DNA of 64,000 nucleotides from Obrimoposthia wandeli (Eukaryota). Each line of letters opens with the position of its first letter. Position 1 is the first letter of the stretch. The notes under the pieces are model-generated. The model did not search any database and was not told the DNA's origin. It was given only the letters and a program-made list of their open reading frames with translations. Shown here piece after piece: positions 28,370 through 37,856 of the stretch. The position numbers and the translations under genes are program-made. The stretch is taken from positions 124,001 through 188,000 of the forward strand of contig CDROCS010000410.1 in the NCBI GenBank assembly GCA_977020255.1. The letters run 5' to 3'.

Positions 28370-30967
28370 TTATGGGTTATTCATTTTATCCAGTGCATCA
28401 TACATCGAATCATTAATTCTTAAACTACGAAATAGCTGTAATATATTTTCTTCATGGGAATAATTAAATTCAATTGGACGCTCGACACTTGGATTACGAC
28501 CTTTAATACTAATCAATAACTTAGTTTCACCGCTCGGTTTAAAGTCCACAGTACTGTGTAAACGCTCATAATGTAAGTTTTCCAATAACTCCAACGCATA
28601 ACTTAATTGCGGTTGAGTAAGCTTTAACTGATCGATAGTGACATTATCTTTAATTCGAATAATACCGCCCTGACCTTGCCCTTCGATTACACCATTAGTT
28701 ATCGATACCGCAGACCCTTGCAACACAAACGGTAAATCAGCCTTTAATAACCCAGTCACATTCACGCCCGGAACTTGATATAATTCAACAGCCTCTGGTA
28801 AAGATAGGTTGCGAACCTGTATCTGACCAACAATATGATCAAAATCAGTAATTAACAATGGTAAAACCGCGACCTGCCCTGAAAATATTTCGGCCGAGGC
28901 ATTATCAACCGCGACTTGCATGTGTCCACCCGCTAACGATACCAAACCTGACACAGCTATATTTTCAATCACAGGTCCGATATTAACAGCGGTTACTTTG
29001 CTATTTAGTGTGCACTTAGCCATTAATGATGTCGCAATATCAGCATCCTTGCTCTCCATGTTACAGCGCCAATTAGTTTGCAATTCTGACGCGCTAATAT
29101 CGTTAAAATGCGCACTATCTGCCGTTAATTCACCCTTAACATCTGCGATTAAATAGGGACGCTTTGCGTTTAAATTTAGTGTGTAGTTAAGTGTATTTGT
29201 TACCTGCGCTGATAAATCTAAGCCTTTAGGTAAAGGATAGGCATGCATAACGAACGACGGAATAGCTTGTGTCGGGACTTGCCATTCACCTTCTGCTTTA
29301 ATTGGCACAAGATCGAGTAAGCTCAAAGTGTTTTTACTTTTTAACACTGTATCATCGAGTTGCCAATCAGAGTTCAGCACTATTGTCTTAGTGTTAAATT
29401 TGACTTTATGCTGGGCGGTTAACGTGTTTATCTTATAGGTTTGTTGATATTGGTTATTACGCAAGTTGGTTGCAAAAGCACTCGTAAAGGGTAACGGCTT
29501 ATTATTCTTGATATTAATCTTTGTAGGTGTGAGTAATTCAACCGTCATATTGTCACTCGACATGTCGGTATAGTTAAACTGTTGCGCTGTTATCTTTGCC
29601 TGCTTAACAAGTAGTTCAATCGGTAATACTTTACTTGTTAGGTCTATTTTAGCATACCCTCGCGCTGCGATTTGTATCGGCATTGGCGCCAGTCCATCAA
29701 CCACATTAATATAGCGACTGTTACCATCGACAGTCATATTCCAACCACTTTGCCAAGACTGTGGCGTAAGCAGTAATTCATCCACTTGAAGTACTAATTT
29801 ATTTTCCGACATAGATATAGCCGTCGCGAGTTGTTGCGCTGTAACCCGCCAGTTATTTATATCGCGATCTTGTATGCTTAGTTGTAAGGCTAACGGTAAT
29901 TTCGGCGTGATAGTAACAGGTTCTAGTGTTGGCTTTTTTAGAAAAGGTTGGCATACGGTGCTTGTCATATCAATTAATGAACCAAATAAGGCGCAGTTAC
30001 CTGCTGACACTGTAATAGGATCTATATTAGCCAAGTTTAAATCGACCGTATCAGCCAGCCAAGTATGATCTGCCTCAGTATAATCAGCCCCAGTATTCTC
30101 AACCAGTGTTATCTCGGTGGCCAAAGTTAGATTTACATTGGAGATTAAGGCTTGCTGCGCTGTCTTTAGTTCACCATCATTAAGCCGAACAGATACAGCG
30201 ATATTATCTATATTTTCAGGATTGAGCGTGAACTCGAGCTTGAGCGAACCAGATAGCAAAGCATTGAATTCAGGCAATAACAGATTCATGATTGGTTTCG
30301 TTTTCGCTAAATCGGTTAGCAATAATGCATGAAGTTGTTTATTACTATCGCCCTCTTGGCTTTTGTCATTAAGCGGAGCGGTTTTATCGTTAAACGGATC
30401 TATTGTGTAATGAAACTGAGCAGTAAGTAATTGTCGATTTTGCTGCCACACAGAAAAGCCAAATTCAGGGACCGCATCGTTATAACGAAAGACAATATTT
30501 TTTACATCAAGGGTATTTAATTGCAGGCTTGACCAAGACTGGAGTTTATCTTCCGCGAAATCAGGTAAATTATCACCTCGTACCGTGATATTGGTAATGT
30601 GCAGATCTGGGGTCCAACTCGGTAACACAGGCATTATCAATGCTGTCGTTGTAGTGTTCGATTCGGTGTCAGTGGCTTGAACTTGAGTCGCTTGCTGCAA
30701 CTGTAAATAATCTATGCTTAAATCGAGGTTAGCTAACGAGATGCTGTCAATAAACCAAGGCTGTTTCAGATCAAACGTCATCACTAAGCCAGTTAACTGC
30801 TCGACTTTAATACCGTAGTTGTTAGCAAAATGATTGCTCACTTTAATAATAATGTTTTCACGATAACTAAAGGCAATGGCGACACTTAACATCATCAATA
30901 TCGTGACACCTAAGATCCAACGACTTAGATGAAATGATGCTTTTTTGGCTTGCTGCGGTGTCGACAT
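28370..30967 (-). CDS. ydbH: YdbH family AsmA-like intermembrane lipid-bridge protein
   Basis: N-terminal TM; C-terminal GGIIR...LENLHYERL.S.VDF...G...L.I..KGRNP...NYSHEEN..QL.RSL. Confidence 0.85.
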   Translation of the reverse strand: MSTPQQAKKASFHLSRWILGVTILMMLSVAIAFSYRENIIIKVSNHFANNYGIKVEQLTGLVMTFDLKQPWFIDSISLANLDLSIDYLQLQQATQVQATDTESNTTTTALIMPVLPSWTPDLHITNITVRGDNLPDFAEDKLQSWSSLQLNTLDVKNIVFRYNDAVPEFGFSVWQQNRQLLTAQFHYTIDPFNDKTAPLNDKSQEGDSNKQLHALLLTDLAKTKPIMNLLLPEFNALLSGSLKLEFTLNPENIDNIAVSVRLNDGELKTAQQALISNVNLTLATEITLVENTGADYTEADHTWLADTVDLNLANIDPITVSAGNCALFGSLIDMTSTVCQPFLKKPTLEPVTITPKLPLALQLSIQDRDINNWRVTAQQLATAISMSENKLVLQVDELLLTPQSWQSGWNMTVDGNSRYINVVDGLAPMPIQIAARGYAKIDLTSKVLPIELLVKQAKITAQQFNYTDMSSDNMTVELLTPTKINIKNNKPLPFTSAFATNLRNNQYQQTYKINTLTAQHKVKFNTKTIVLNSDWQLDDTVLKSKNTLSLLDLVPIKAEGEWQVPTQAIPSFVMHAYPLPKGLDLSAQVTNTLNYTLNLNAKRPYLIADVKGELTADSAHFNDISASELQTNWRCNMESKDADIATSLMAKCTLNSKVTAVNIGPVIENIAVSGLVSLAGGHMQVAVDNASAEIFSGQVAVLPLLITDFDHIVGQIQVRNLSLPEAVELYQVPGVNVTGLLKADLPFVLQGSAVSITNGVIEGQGQGGIIRIKDNVTIDQLKLTQPQLSYALELLENLHYERLHSTVDFKPSGETKLLISIKGRNPSVERPIEFNYSHEENILQLFRSLRINDSMYDALDKMNNP

Positions 30968-31207
30968 TAAAAAATAATCCTTATAAATATAACTGTCTAT
31001 CTAATTTGGTATCCTGAACTACAAGTGTAATCAAATCAAGTTGCTCATTCTATATACAGCATTGCGAAACACCAATGTCATACTTTATTCATTAATATTT
31101 ATGTTTATTGATTGCGGCTAACTACCTTATGAATTAAACACAAGTCTTTAACACCATGTCACATTTAGGTAATATCAAGCCACCAGAAATAACTCTAAAG
31201 TATTAGC

Positions 31208-31717
31208 ATGAAGCATCGCGGTTTTACTCTCATCGAATTAGTCATTGTTATAATTGTACTCGGTATACTAGCAGCAACAGCTGTGCCTAAATTTATTAAT
31301 TTACAAGACGATGCTAAAGAAGCAACATTAAAGGGATTTGCGGGTGCCTTTGATGCTGGTATTGATTTAATTAGTTCAAAGCATTTATTAGAAGGCAGCC
31401 CAGGTTTTCTAAAATTACCTTCAACTGGCGATACAAGTACTATAAATACAATCGGATTTAGTACTACAGGAATCAGTCCTATCGCGGCCCACGCAGGTTT
31501 TTGTGCAGGCATTTGGAATAGTATTATCGTGGGTGTTAGCTCATCGACAGTTCAAGGTGCAGCTCCTATTTTTGTAGAACATAAATTCAATAGTGCCTAT
31601 GATATGCGTTGCGATTACAACTACGGAGATACGGGTACAGTACTATACAATACAGACACCGGTGTAACCTGTACCCAATTAACCGGTGACCCTGTACCAG
31701 AAGCGTGTAAACTGTAG
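31208..31717 (+). CDS. Orphan type IV (MSHA-like) pilin
   Basis: G|FTLIELVIVIIVLGILAATAVPKF class III signal, C-terminal Cys pairs. Confidence 0.9.
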   Translation: MKHRGFTLIELVIVIIVLGILAATAVPKFINLQDDAKEATLKGFAGAFDAGIDLISSKHLLEGSPGFLKLPSTGDTSTINTIGFSTTGISPIAAHAGFCAGIWNSIIVGVSSSTVQGAAPIFVEHKFNSAYDMRCDYNYGDTGTVLYNTDTGVTCTQLTGDPVPEACKL

Positions 31718-31752
31718 CAACTTTTAATACGACATTGATACGACAAATTGAA

Positions 31753-32004
31753 ATGGCAAAACCAAATAAGAAAGGCCCTACGCAAACCGTTGAGATATTT
31801 TGCAGTAAGTGTAAAGCACTGCTGTTTAAGTATCGTAAAGGCGGTAAAGGCAGTCTGGTGAAGTGTTTTAAAGAGCGCATCGTCACAGACTATTGCGAAA
31901 CGCCCTGCACTTGCCCTAAATGCGAGCAAGTGTTTGCCAGAGATACCTTGGTACGAGGCACGCCAGCTTACAAAATGGTTGGTGGTAAAGTAACAATGAA
32001 ATAA
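31753..32004 (+). CDS. Small Zn-ribbon-like basic protein
   Basis: CSKC...YRKGGKGSLVKC...CTCPKC; likely start MAKPNKK at 31753. Confidence 0.75.
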   Translation: MAKPNKKGPTQTVEIFCSKCKALLFKYRKGGKGSLVKCFKERIVTDYCETPCTCPKCEQVFARDTLVRGTPAYKMVGGKVTMK

Positions 32005-32028
32005 TAACTAAGTAAGAATAAATTCTAC

Positions 32029-32556
32029 TTAGTTATAAATCTCACCTCTAAATTCCACCTGCGTTAAATACAAACGCATTTCAAATTCGAACTGGTGATA
32101 ATCAGGCAACATATGCTGGCAAAGCTTGTAGAAAGCTTTGTCGTGATTTTTTTCGCGAATGTGTGCCAACTCATGTACCGTAATCATTTGTAGAAAAGGT
32201 TCAGGGCAACGTCGAAACATCTCACTGATGCGGATCTCGTTTTTACTCTTCAATTTATTACCCTGCACACGTGATACAAAGGTATGTAAACCCAAGGCAT
32301 TATTGACTACGTGGATTTTAGGATCATAAATGATCTTACTGATCGGCGATGATTTCTTCAGATAATTGTTCTTCAAATCCATCACAAATTCACGTAGCTT
32401 TTTATCATTGGTAATTTCATGGGTTTGCGGATATTTAGCTAATAAAAACTTACCCAATGTATCTTGTTCTAACATCTGTTTTACTTGGCTTTTAACTTGG
32501 TCTGAATAAGCCGTGAGGTATTTAAGTGCTGTGGAATCTATTTTTGAAGTCGACAT
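32029..32556 (-). CDS. ygjP: YgjP-like M48/SprT metallohydrolase (short form, UTP pyrophosphatase family)
   Basis: LKYL..Y, ALGLHT, VHELAH.RE..H.KAFY.LC..M.P.Y.Q.E. Confidence 0.8.
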   Translation of the reverse strand: MSTSKIDSTALKYLTAYSDQVKSQVKQMLEQDTLGKFLLAKYPQTHEITNDKKLREFVMDLKNNYLKKSSPISKIIYDPKIHVVNNALGLHTFVSRVQGNKLKSKNEIRISEMFRRCPEPFLQMITVHELAHIREKNHDKAFYKLCQHMLPDYHQFEFEMRLYLTQVEFRGEIYN

Positions 32557-32602
32557 AAGTAACGAGATACTGATAATTTGAATAACGCTTATTTTACCTT
32601 AT

Positions 32603-32655
32603 CCACTTTCAATCTGATAGCCACTTTAACCTGATAACCGCTTTTAATTTGATAG
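32603..32655. repeat. Degenerate 17-18 bp tandem repeat, 3 units, in a divergent promoter
   Basis: ccactttcaatctgatag / ccactttaacctgataa / ccgcttttaatttgatag. Confidence 0.6.
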
Positions 32656-32750
32656 TCCATTATAGGCTTAAATAACGACGCCAAATAAGCAGTTGATCAG
32701 TATTCGATATGCTTTTACAATAACCTTTTTATTATTATGGATGAACCATC

Positions 32751-33095
32751 ATGTCATCAGATACTTTAGGTTCTAGCGCAACGTATAAGCGCATGGAACA
32801 AGGCTATCGCGAAAAAGCACTTAAGTTATTCCCATGGATATGTGGCCGCTGCACACGCGAATTTGTTTATTCTAACTTAAGAGAGCTAACGGTTCACCAC
32901 ATGGACCATGACCACAGTAATAATCCAAATGACGGTAGTAACTGGGAATTACTGTGCTTATATTGCCATGACAACGAGCATTCAAAATACACTGAACAAG
33001 ATCAATACGCGACAGAAGTTGAAGCGGGTGACAATAATCAAGAATCAGCGACTTATAATCCTTTCGCGGATTTAAAGTCTATGTTCAAAAAGTAA
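32751..33095 (+). CDS. yajD: YajD family HNH nuclease
   Basis: YREKALKLFPWICGRC, HH.DHDH.NN..DGSNWELLCLYCHD.EH. Confidence 0.9.
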   Translation: MSSDTLGSSATYKRMEQGYREKALKLFPWICGRCTREFVYSNLRELTVHHMDHDHSNNPNDGSNWELLCLYCHDNEHSKYTEQDQYATEVEAGDNNQESATYNPFADLKSMFKK

Positions 33096-33145
33096 CATTA
33101 CTTTAAACAGTAAATACTGATGATAACTTGTATATCCTAGATACT

Positions 33146-33193
33146 AAAAAGCCGTAATTACGCCCCTCAAACGAGGCCATAATTACGGCTTTT
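33146..33193. terminator. Bidirectional terminator
   Basis: AAAAGCCGTAATTA...TAATTACGGCTTTT. Confidence 0.85.
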
Positions 33194-33224
33194 CTATCAT
33201 CACAAGTCTATAAAGACGGCACAA

Positions 33225-34556
33225 CTAAAATGGCTGGTTAACCATAAACCACATTTGTGCTTCTTCTTCACTTTTCGCATAATCAATACGAACCACAACA
33301 CCTTCAACATTAAAGCGTAAGCCTAAGCCTGCAGTCCATTGTAAGTCATCATGTAACGCAGCCATATCAAAGCTATCAGCTACCTGACCAGTTTCAACAA
33401 ATGCACTCCACTGCCACCACGGAAAGCTATAAAACGGTAAGTTATGCAGCGGTTGCCAATGTGGTTTCACTCGGTATTCAGCACTATAAGCCACAGCACT
33501 TCGGCTGTAGAACTGACCTGATGAATAACCACGTAGACGGTTAAAACCACCAAGTTTAATACCAGCAAAAGCAGGCGGACGATGCATCTCTCCTGTCCCA
33601 CTACCACTTTCCCAAGTTGGCGTGTCAGCAAGGTAATAGTTAAACGCTAAGACTTGTTCTTTAAACAGCACATTTTCATCAAGCGGTACAAAAGCACTTT
33701 GCTCAACTTCCCATGTTGTCCAGCTATTACGCTCGTCATCACCAAAATCACGGCGCACTGTGAATCGAGTTTGACTACCGGACTCCGTATCACCAATGCT
33801 GTCACGATTATCCCAATTAAACTGTAACTCTAAGCCTTGTGCCGCATTAGGTAGATAATCGTAATTAGTCACATCACGCTGCTGCTGAAATGGCGTTATA
33901 TTAATACTGGTCACGCCTGACTCGAGCGGATTAAAGGTTATATCACCACGCTGTGGACTTAAACTACGAGCACCGCCATTAGCACCTAAACCCCAAGGTA
34001 ATACATATTTCGCATTAACTCGTAACGATGATTCTGTACCTTCGGCAATGACCATATTAGTTGCAAGTGGGTCGCTTGGCGTTCTTGCTGCTGGTACATA
34101 ATAAATACCATTACTCAAATAGCTACGGTAATACTCCACTGAAAACAGCCATTGTTTTAAGCCAGGTAAGGCATAATTGTTAAGCCCGACAAAACCAATA
34201 TAACTTTCGTTTTCACTGTATAAACCGAGGCCAAATATCGATGCTTGCGGCTGACCGGCATGCTTAATAATACCGGACACACCAACAGCAGTACCCAATT
34301 GTTCTGTTGATATAATGAAAGGCACGCCAGCGACTTCAGTATCAAAATGAGGCATAGCCGTTATTTGCTCTTCATTTTCACTGGCGGTAGCGTCACTATT
34401 TCCCGCATTATTTCCCGCGCTATTTCCCGCATTCTTTTTCACACTGTTTTCGCTAGTATTCTCAGTGTTGTTTTTTGTAGTATCTTCGGCATTCACCAGA
34501 TTAGGTATCAGTAATGCGCTACATAACAGTGAGGCAAAAATATTCTTATAAGACAC
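33225..34556 (-). CDS. Omp85/BamA-TamA family barrel-only outer membrane protein
   Basis: Signal peptide, beta-strand pattern, loop motif RLRGY, C-terminal F; no POTRA; 12-bp repeats at 34397-34432 encode an AGN linker. Confidence 0.75.
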   Translation of the reverse strand: MSYKNIFASLLCSALLIPNLVNAEDTTKNNTENTSENSVKKNAGNSAGNNAGNSDATASENEEQITAMPHFDTEVAGVPFIISTEQLGTAVGVSGIIKHAGQPQASIFGLGLYSENESYIGFVGLNNYALPGLKQWLFSVEYYRSYLSNGIYYVPAARTPSDPLATNMVIAEGTESSLRVNAKYVLPWGLGANGGARSLSPQRGDITFNPLESGVTSINITPFQQQRDVTNYDYLPNAAQGLELQFNWDNRDSIGDTESGSQTRFTVRRDFGDDERNSWTTWEVEQSAFVPLDENVLFKEQVLAFNYYLADTPTWESGSGTGEMHRPPAFAGIKLGGFNRLRGYSSGQFYSRSAVAYSAEYRVKPHWQPLHNLPFYSFPWWQWSAFVETGQVADSFDMAALHDDLQWTAGLGLRFNVEGVVVRIDYAKSEEEAQMWFMVNQPF

Positions 34557-34852
34557 TTATACTCCAAAAGGGTAGTAAATAAAGGCAATAATCTATATAG
34601 GTCAGGAAGATAGCCCAAAATTATCTATTTGTACACGGCAGAAAGGCACTAAACCGCCACTTCGATCTAATTAATGATTAAACATAATAATTAACAACAA
34701 ACTCTGATTACTTTATCCTCTTATGTAAATAACTGTACCCTTCACACTATTAATCTATGATTAAGGATAATAATTCAAACTCGTGTTATAGAATAAATAC
34801 GCGGGTAAATTGAAGTAGTAAAACGATTTTGGATAGAGATATAAGGTTAATC

Positions 34853-35677
34853 ATGAAAACAGTATTTTTGAGTTTATTCATTATAATCACGAGTAATTTC
34901 TACTCGGCGGTGAGTATTGCTAAGCCATTATCCTATTGGGATAAAAGTGTTCCCTCGATGGCGCAAGATGTTGATCATAGCCAGTGGCAGAAAATTCTAG
35001 ATCGCTACTTAATAGTTGGTAAGGACGAGACTGCTATTAACTTATTTAATTACCAAGGTGTAACTAGCGCAGATAAAGTCATCCTTAAACAATATCTTAC
35101 TCAATTACAAAGTATCAATCCGTTGCTGCATAGCAAACCTCAGCAACAAGCTTATTGGATCAATTTATATAATGCGCTGACCATACAGTTGATACTCGAT
35201 AACTACCCAGTCAAATCCATTACAAAACTAGGTGAACGCTTCTTTTCTTTTGGTCCATGGGATGACGATGCGGCAACAGTTAACGGCAAGACCTTAACGC
35301 TAAACGATATAGAACATGAAATACTGCGCCCTATCTGGAAAGACCCACGTATTCACTACGCGGTGAATTGTGCTAGTTATGGTTGCCCTAACTTATCTGC
35401 AACAGCCTTTACAGCCAAGAATATTGAACAACAGTTAACAACGGGCGCTTATGCTTATATTAATCACCCACGGGGCGTAACTGTTAAAGGCAATGATTTG
35501 GAAGTCTCGAGTATTTATAAATGGTATGCAGAAGATTTTGGCGATAACGAGAAAGCGTTAGTGACGCATTTACAGCGTTATGCAAAGCCAGAATTGAAAC
35601 AAGCTTTGCTGATGTTTCAACAAAGCCCTGGAGATATAGATTACGAATATGATTGGCGTTTAAATAAAGCTGAGTAA
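34853..35677 (+). CDS. DUF547 exported protein
   Basis: AYWINLYNALT, LNDIEHEILR, PRIHYAVNCASYGCP, SSIYKWY..DF, YDWRLN. Confidence 0.88.
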   Translation: MKTVFLSLFIIITSNFYSAVSIAKPLSYWDKSVPSMAQDVDHSQWQKILDRYLIVGKDETAINLFNYQGVTSADKVILKQYLTQLQSINPLLHSKPQQQAYWINLYNALTIQLILDNYPVKSITKLGERFFSFGPWDDDAATVNGKTLTLNDIEHEILRPIWKDPRIHYAVNCASYGCPNLSATAFTAKNIEQQLTTGAYAYINHPRGVTVKGNDLEVSSIYKWYAEDFGDNEKALVTHLQRYAKPELKQALLMFQQSPGDIDYEYDWRLNKAE

Positions 35678-35728
35678 TAAGCTGTATGTTTAATAAAAAG
35701 GATTCATCTCTGTGATGAATCCTTACAG

Positions 35729-36277
35729 CTATGAAGTGTGAGTTGTCACTCGGCCGGTATTAGAATCATAACGGATGTATAGCTCAAGATTACTTGTTCT
35801 TTTATACAAGCAAACGCCATCAACTTCTGAACCGTCAACACTACGACCATAAAAAGCAGTGAAATCATCACCGTCGCCAGTGTCTGGGTCTAATGTATTA
35901 CTGCCCGTATTCAAGATCGTATTCCATAATGAGGCACAATCAGCAACATTTCTAGTTTCAATTTTAGTCTCAGTACCAACAAAGCTCTGTGCTGGCCAGC
36001 CATTTTGAGTAAAATCAATTTGCCCAGCAGCCCCCACCCCGTAAAGTTGAACATCATTGTTTAACGCTACGACAGTTGAAGAACCCATGATAATCCATTT
36101 ACTGTGCGCTAAATTAACTGCACTTTGTAATGCACCACCAGTACCTTCAACAACTGCAATTTCTGCATCATCAGATAAGTTTAAAAATTTAGGCAATGCG
36201 GTTGCAGATAGAACCCCAAGTACAATAATAACAATCACTAATTCAATTAGGGTAAAACCACGTTGATGCATTTTCAA
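35729..36277 (-). CDS. Second orphan type IV (MSHA-like) pilin
   Basis: G|FTLIELVIVIIVLGVLSATALPKF, GWP motif, C-terminal Cys pair. Confidence 0.9.
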   Translation of the reverse strand: MKMHQRGFTLIELVIVIIVLGVLSATALPKFLNLSDDAEIAVVEGTGGALQSAVNLAHSKWIIMGSSTVVALNNDVQLYGVGAAGQIDFTQNGWPAQSFVGTETKIETRNVADCASLWNTILNTGSNTLDPDTGDGDDFTAFYGRSVDGSEVDGVCLYKRTSNLELYIRYDSNTGRVTTHTS

Positions 36278-36348
36278 AATTTAAACCTTCCTAACAAGTA
36301 AACAGTTACACATTGTAGTGCAACGACTCTAAATTTATAAGTGTTATC

Positions 36349-37638
36349 TTATTTTTCACTTTTCGCATTTTCAAAATAATAACTAATACGACTTCTCGGA
36401 TTAAGATATTCGTAAATTCGCTCTGGTAACTTATCCGGTTTAAGTACGCCTGTAATGGTTAACTGACGTTCTTCTAAATCAATAATCGGCGCTTCTGCTC
36501 GCGGTACTTCTGGATCATAAATAAGAATGTTGGGATACAGCAAGCGATCTGAATTGACCGACAAAACCATACCTATTTGATCATTCGATAATCGCACGAC
36601 ACTGCCAGGAGGATAGATCCCCAATATTTTAACTAATAGTTTCAAATCGCCTTGGTTATATTTATTCGTACTATTTTTATATAACCAAGACAATGCATTC
36701 GACGGTACTCGTGCTTTTTCTATATCCAGTGGATGACACAGGGTATCGTATTTATTAACCACACTAACCAGTTGCACCAGAGGGTCAATACTATCGCCCG
36801 CTAAACCTTGCGGGTAACCACTACCATCTAATAGTTCATGATGCTGAGAAATAATCGCTTTAGCGTCTTCCGGAAAAGTATCGACCAAATTAACAAAATC
36901 GAGGCCATATTTAGGGTGCAGCTTTAAAAAATTCAACTCTGCGCTCGTGAGAGCAGCCTTTTTTCGAAGTATCTGCGGTGGGATTTTTAGTTTACCCATA
37001 TCATGGAATAATGCGCCCATACCAATGGTTTTAATTTCATTTACCGCTAAACCTTTCATTTTAGCCAGCAGCATAGATAGCACCGACACATTCAACGAGT
37101 GATAATAAATATTTTCGCTTTCTTTAGTTTCACTCATCAAATGCAAAACAATATGTTCTTCTTTTAACAGTGACTCAGCCATATTACCGACAAGTTGAGA
37201 GGCTTCATCAATAGCATTAAGCGGACGACTGGCGAGTTTAGTCATCACAGAGCGAACTTGCACAGCAGCTGATTGAAAGTGTTTCTCTGTCTTAATTATC
37301 TTGCGGCGGTGGCTTTTTAATTTTTCAATATTCCCTTGCTTCGACTCCCACAATTCACGTTGGATTCTATCTAGCTCAAGATCCGATATATCAGTAGGTA
37401 CGGTGGTTGGATCAATCTTTGATGTCTGTGGTGGTAACAAGCCATTGTCACTACGCTGTGGATAAACAGCAACGTGTGAAACGCCTAGCTTACGAATAAG
37501 TAATAGTTGCTCTTCTGTATCAATTTTAAAATTATTGAACATGAAAGGATGATCACACCAACCCAAGGGTAATTTTATATAATTCCCGACTTGGATACGA
37601 TCAACAGTTACTTTAATACTACTCATAATAAACCACAA
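36349..37638 (-). CDS. HD-GYP c-di-GMP phosphodiesterase with DUF3391-like N-terminus
   Basis: YHSLNV, LFHDMGK, HHELLDGSGYPQG, YPPGS. Confidence 0.9.
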   Translation of the reverse strand: MWFIMSSIKVTVDRIQVGNYIKLPLGWCDHPFMFNNFKIDTEEQLLLIRKLGVSHVAVYPQRSDNGLLPPQTSKIDPTTVPTDISDLELDRIQRELWESKQGNIEKLKSHRRKIIKTEKHFQSAAVQVRSVMTKLASRPLNAIDEASQLVGNMAESLLKEEHIVLHLMSETKESENIYYHSLNVSVLSMLLAKMKGLAVNEIKTIGMGALFHDMGKLKIPPQILRKKAALTSAELNFLKLHPKYGLDFVNLVDTFPEDAKAIISQHHELLDGSGYPQGLAGDSIDPLVQLVSVVNKYDTLCHPLDIEKARVPSNALSWLYKNSTNKYNQGDLKLLVKILGIYPPGSVVRLSNDQIGMVLSVNSDRLLYPNILIYDPEVPRAEAPIIDLEERQLTITGVLKPDKLPERIYEYLNPRSRISYYFENAKSEK

Positions 37639-37856
37639 AACAAAACTGAAGACGCATTTTAGTGGAACAAATGTATATTTTAAAGCTGTTTATACTACAA
37701 ATGTAAATAATAATATTATAAGTGGATTTTAATCACATATTTATAATTATACATTAATAAATACGGTATGAATAATGTGGATAAATGGCAGGTCATATCA
37801 AGTAAACCTGATAAAACCTGACAAATTCATGAGCTTATAAATTCTATTGATTTAAC

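Noticed and set aside
28178-30967. ydbH-ynbE-ydbL as a novel system
   Set aside because: Already described in E. coli as an AsmA-like intermembrane bridge; ordinary gene order here.
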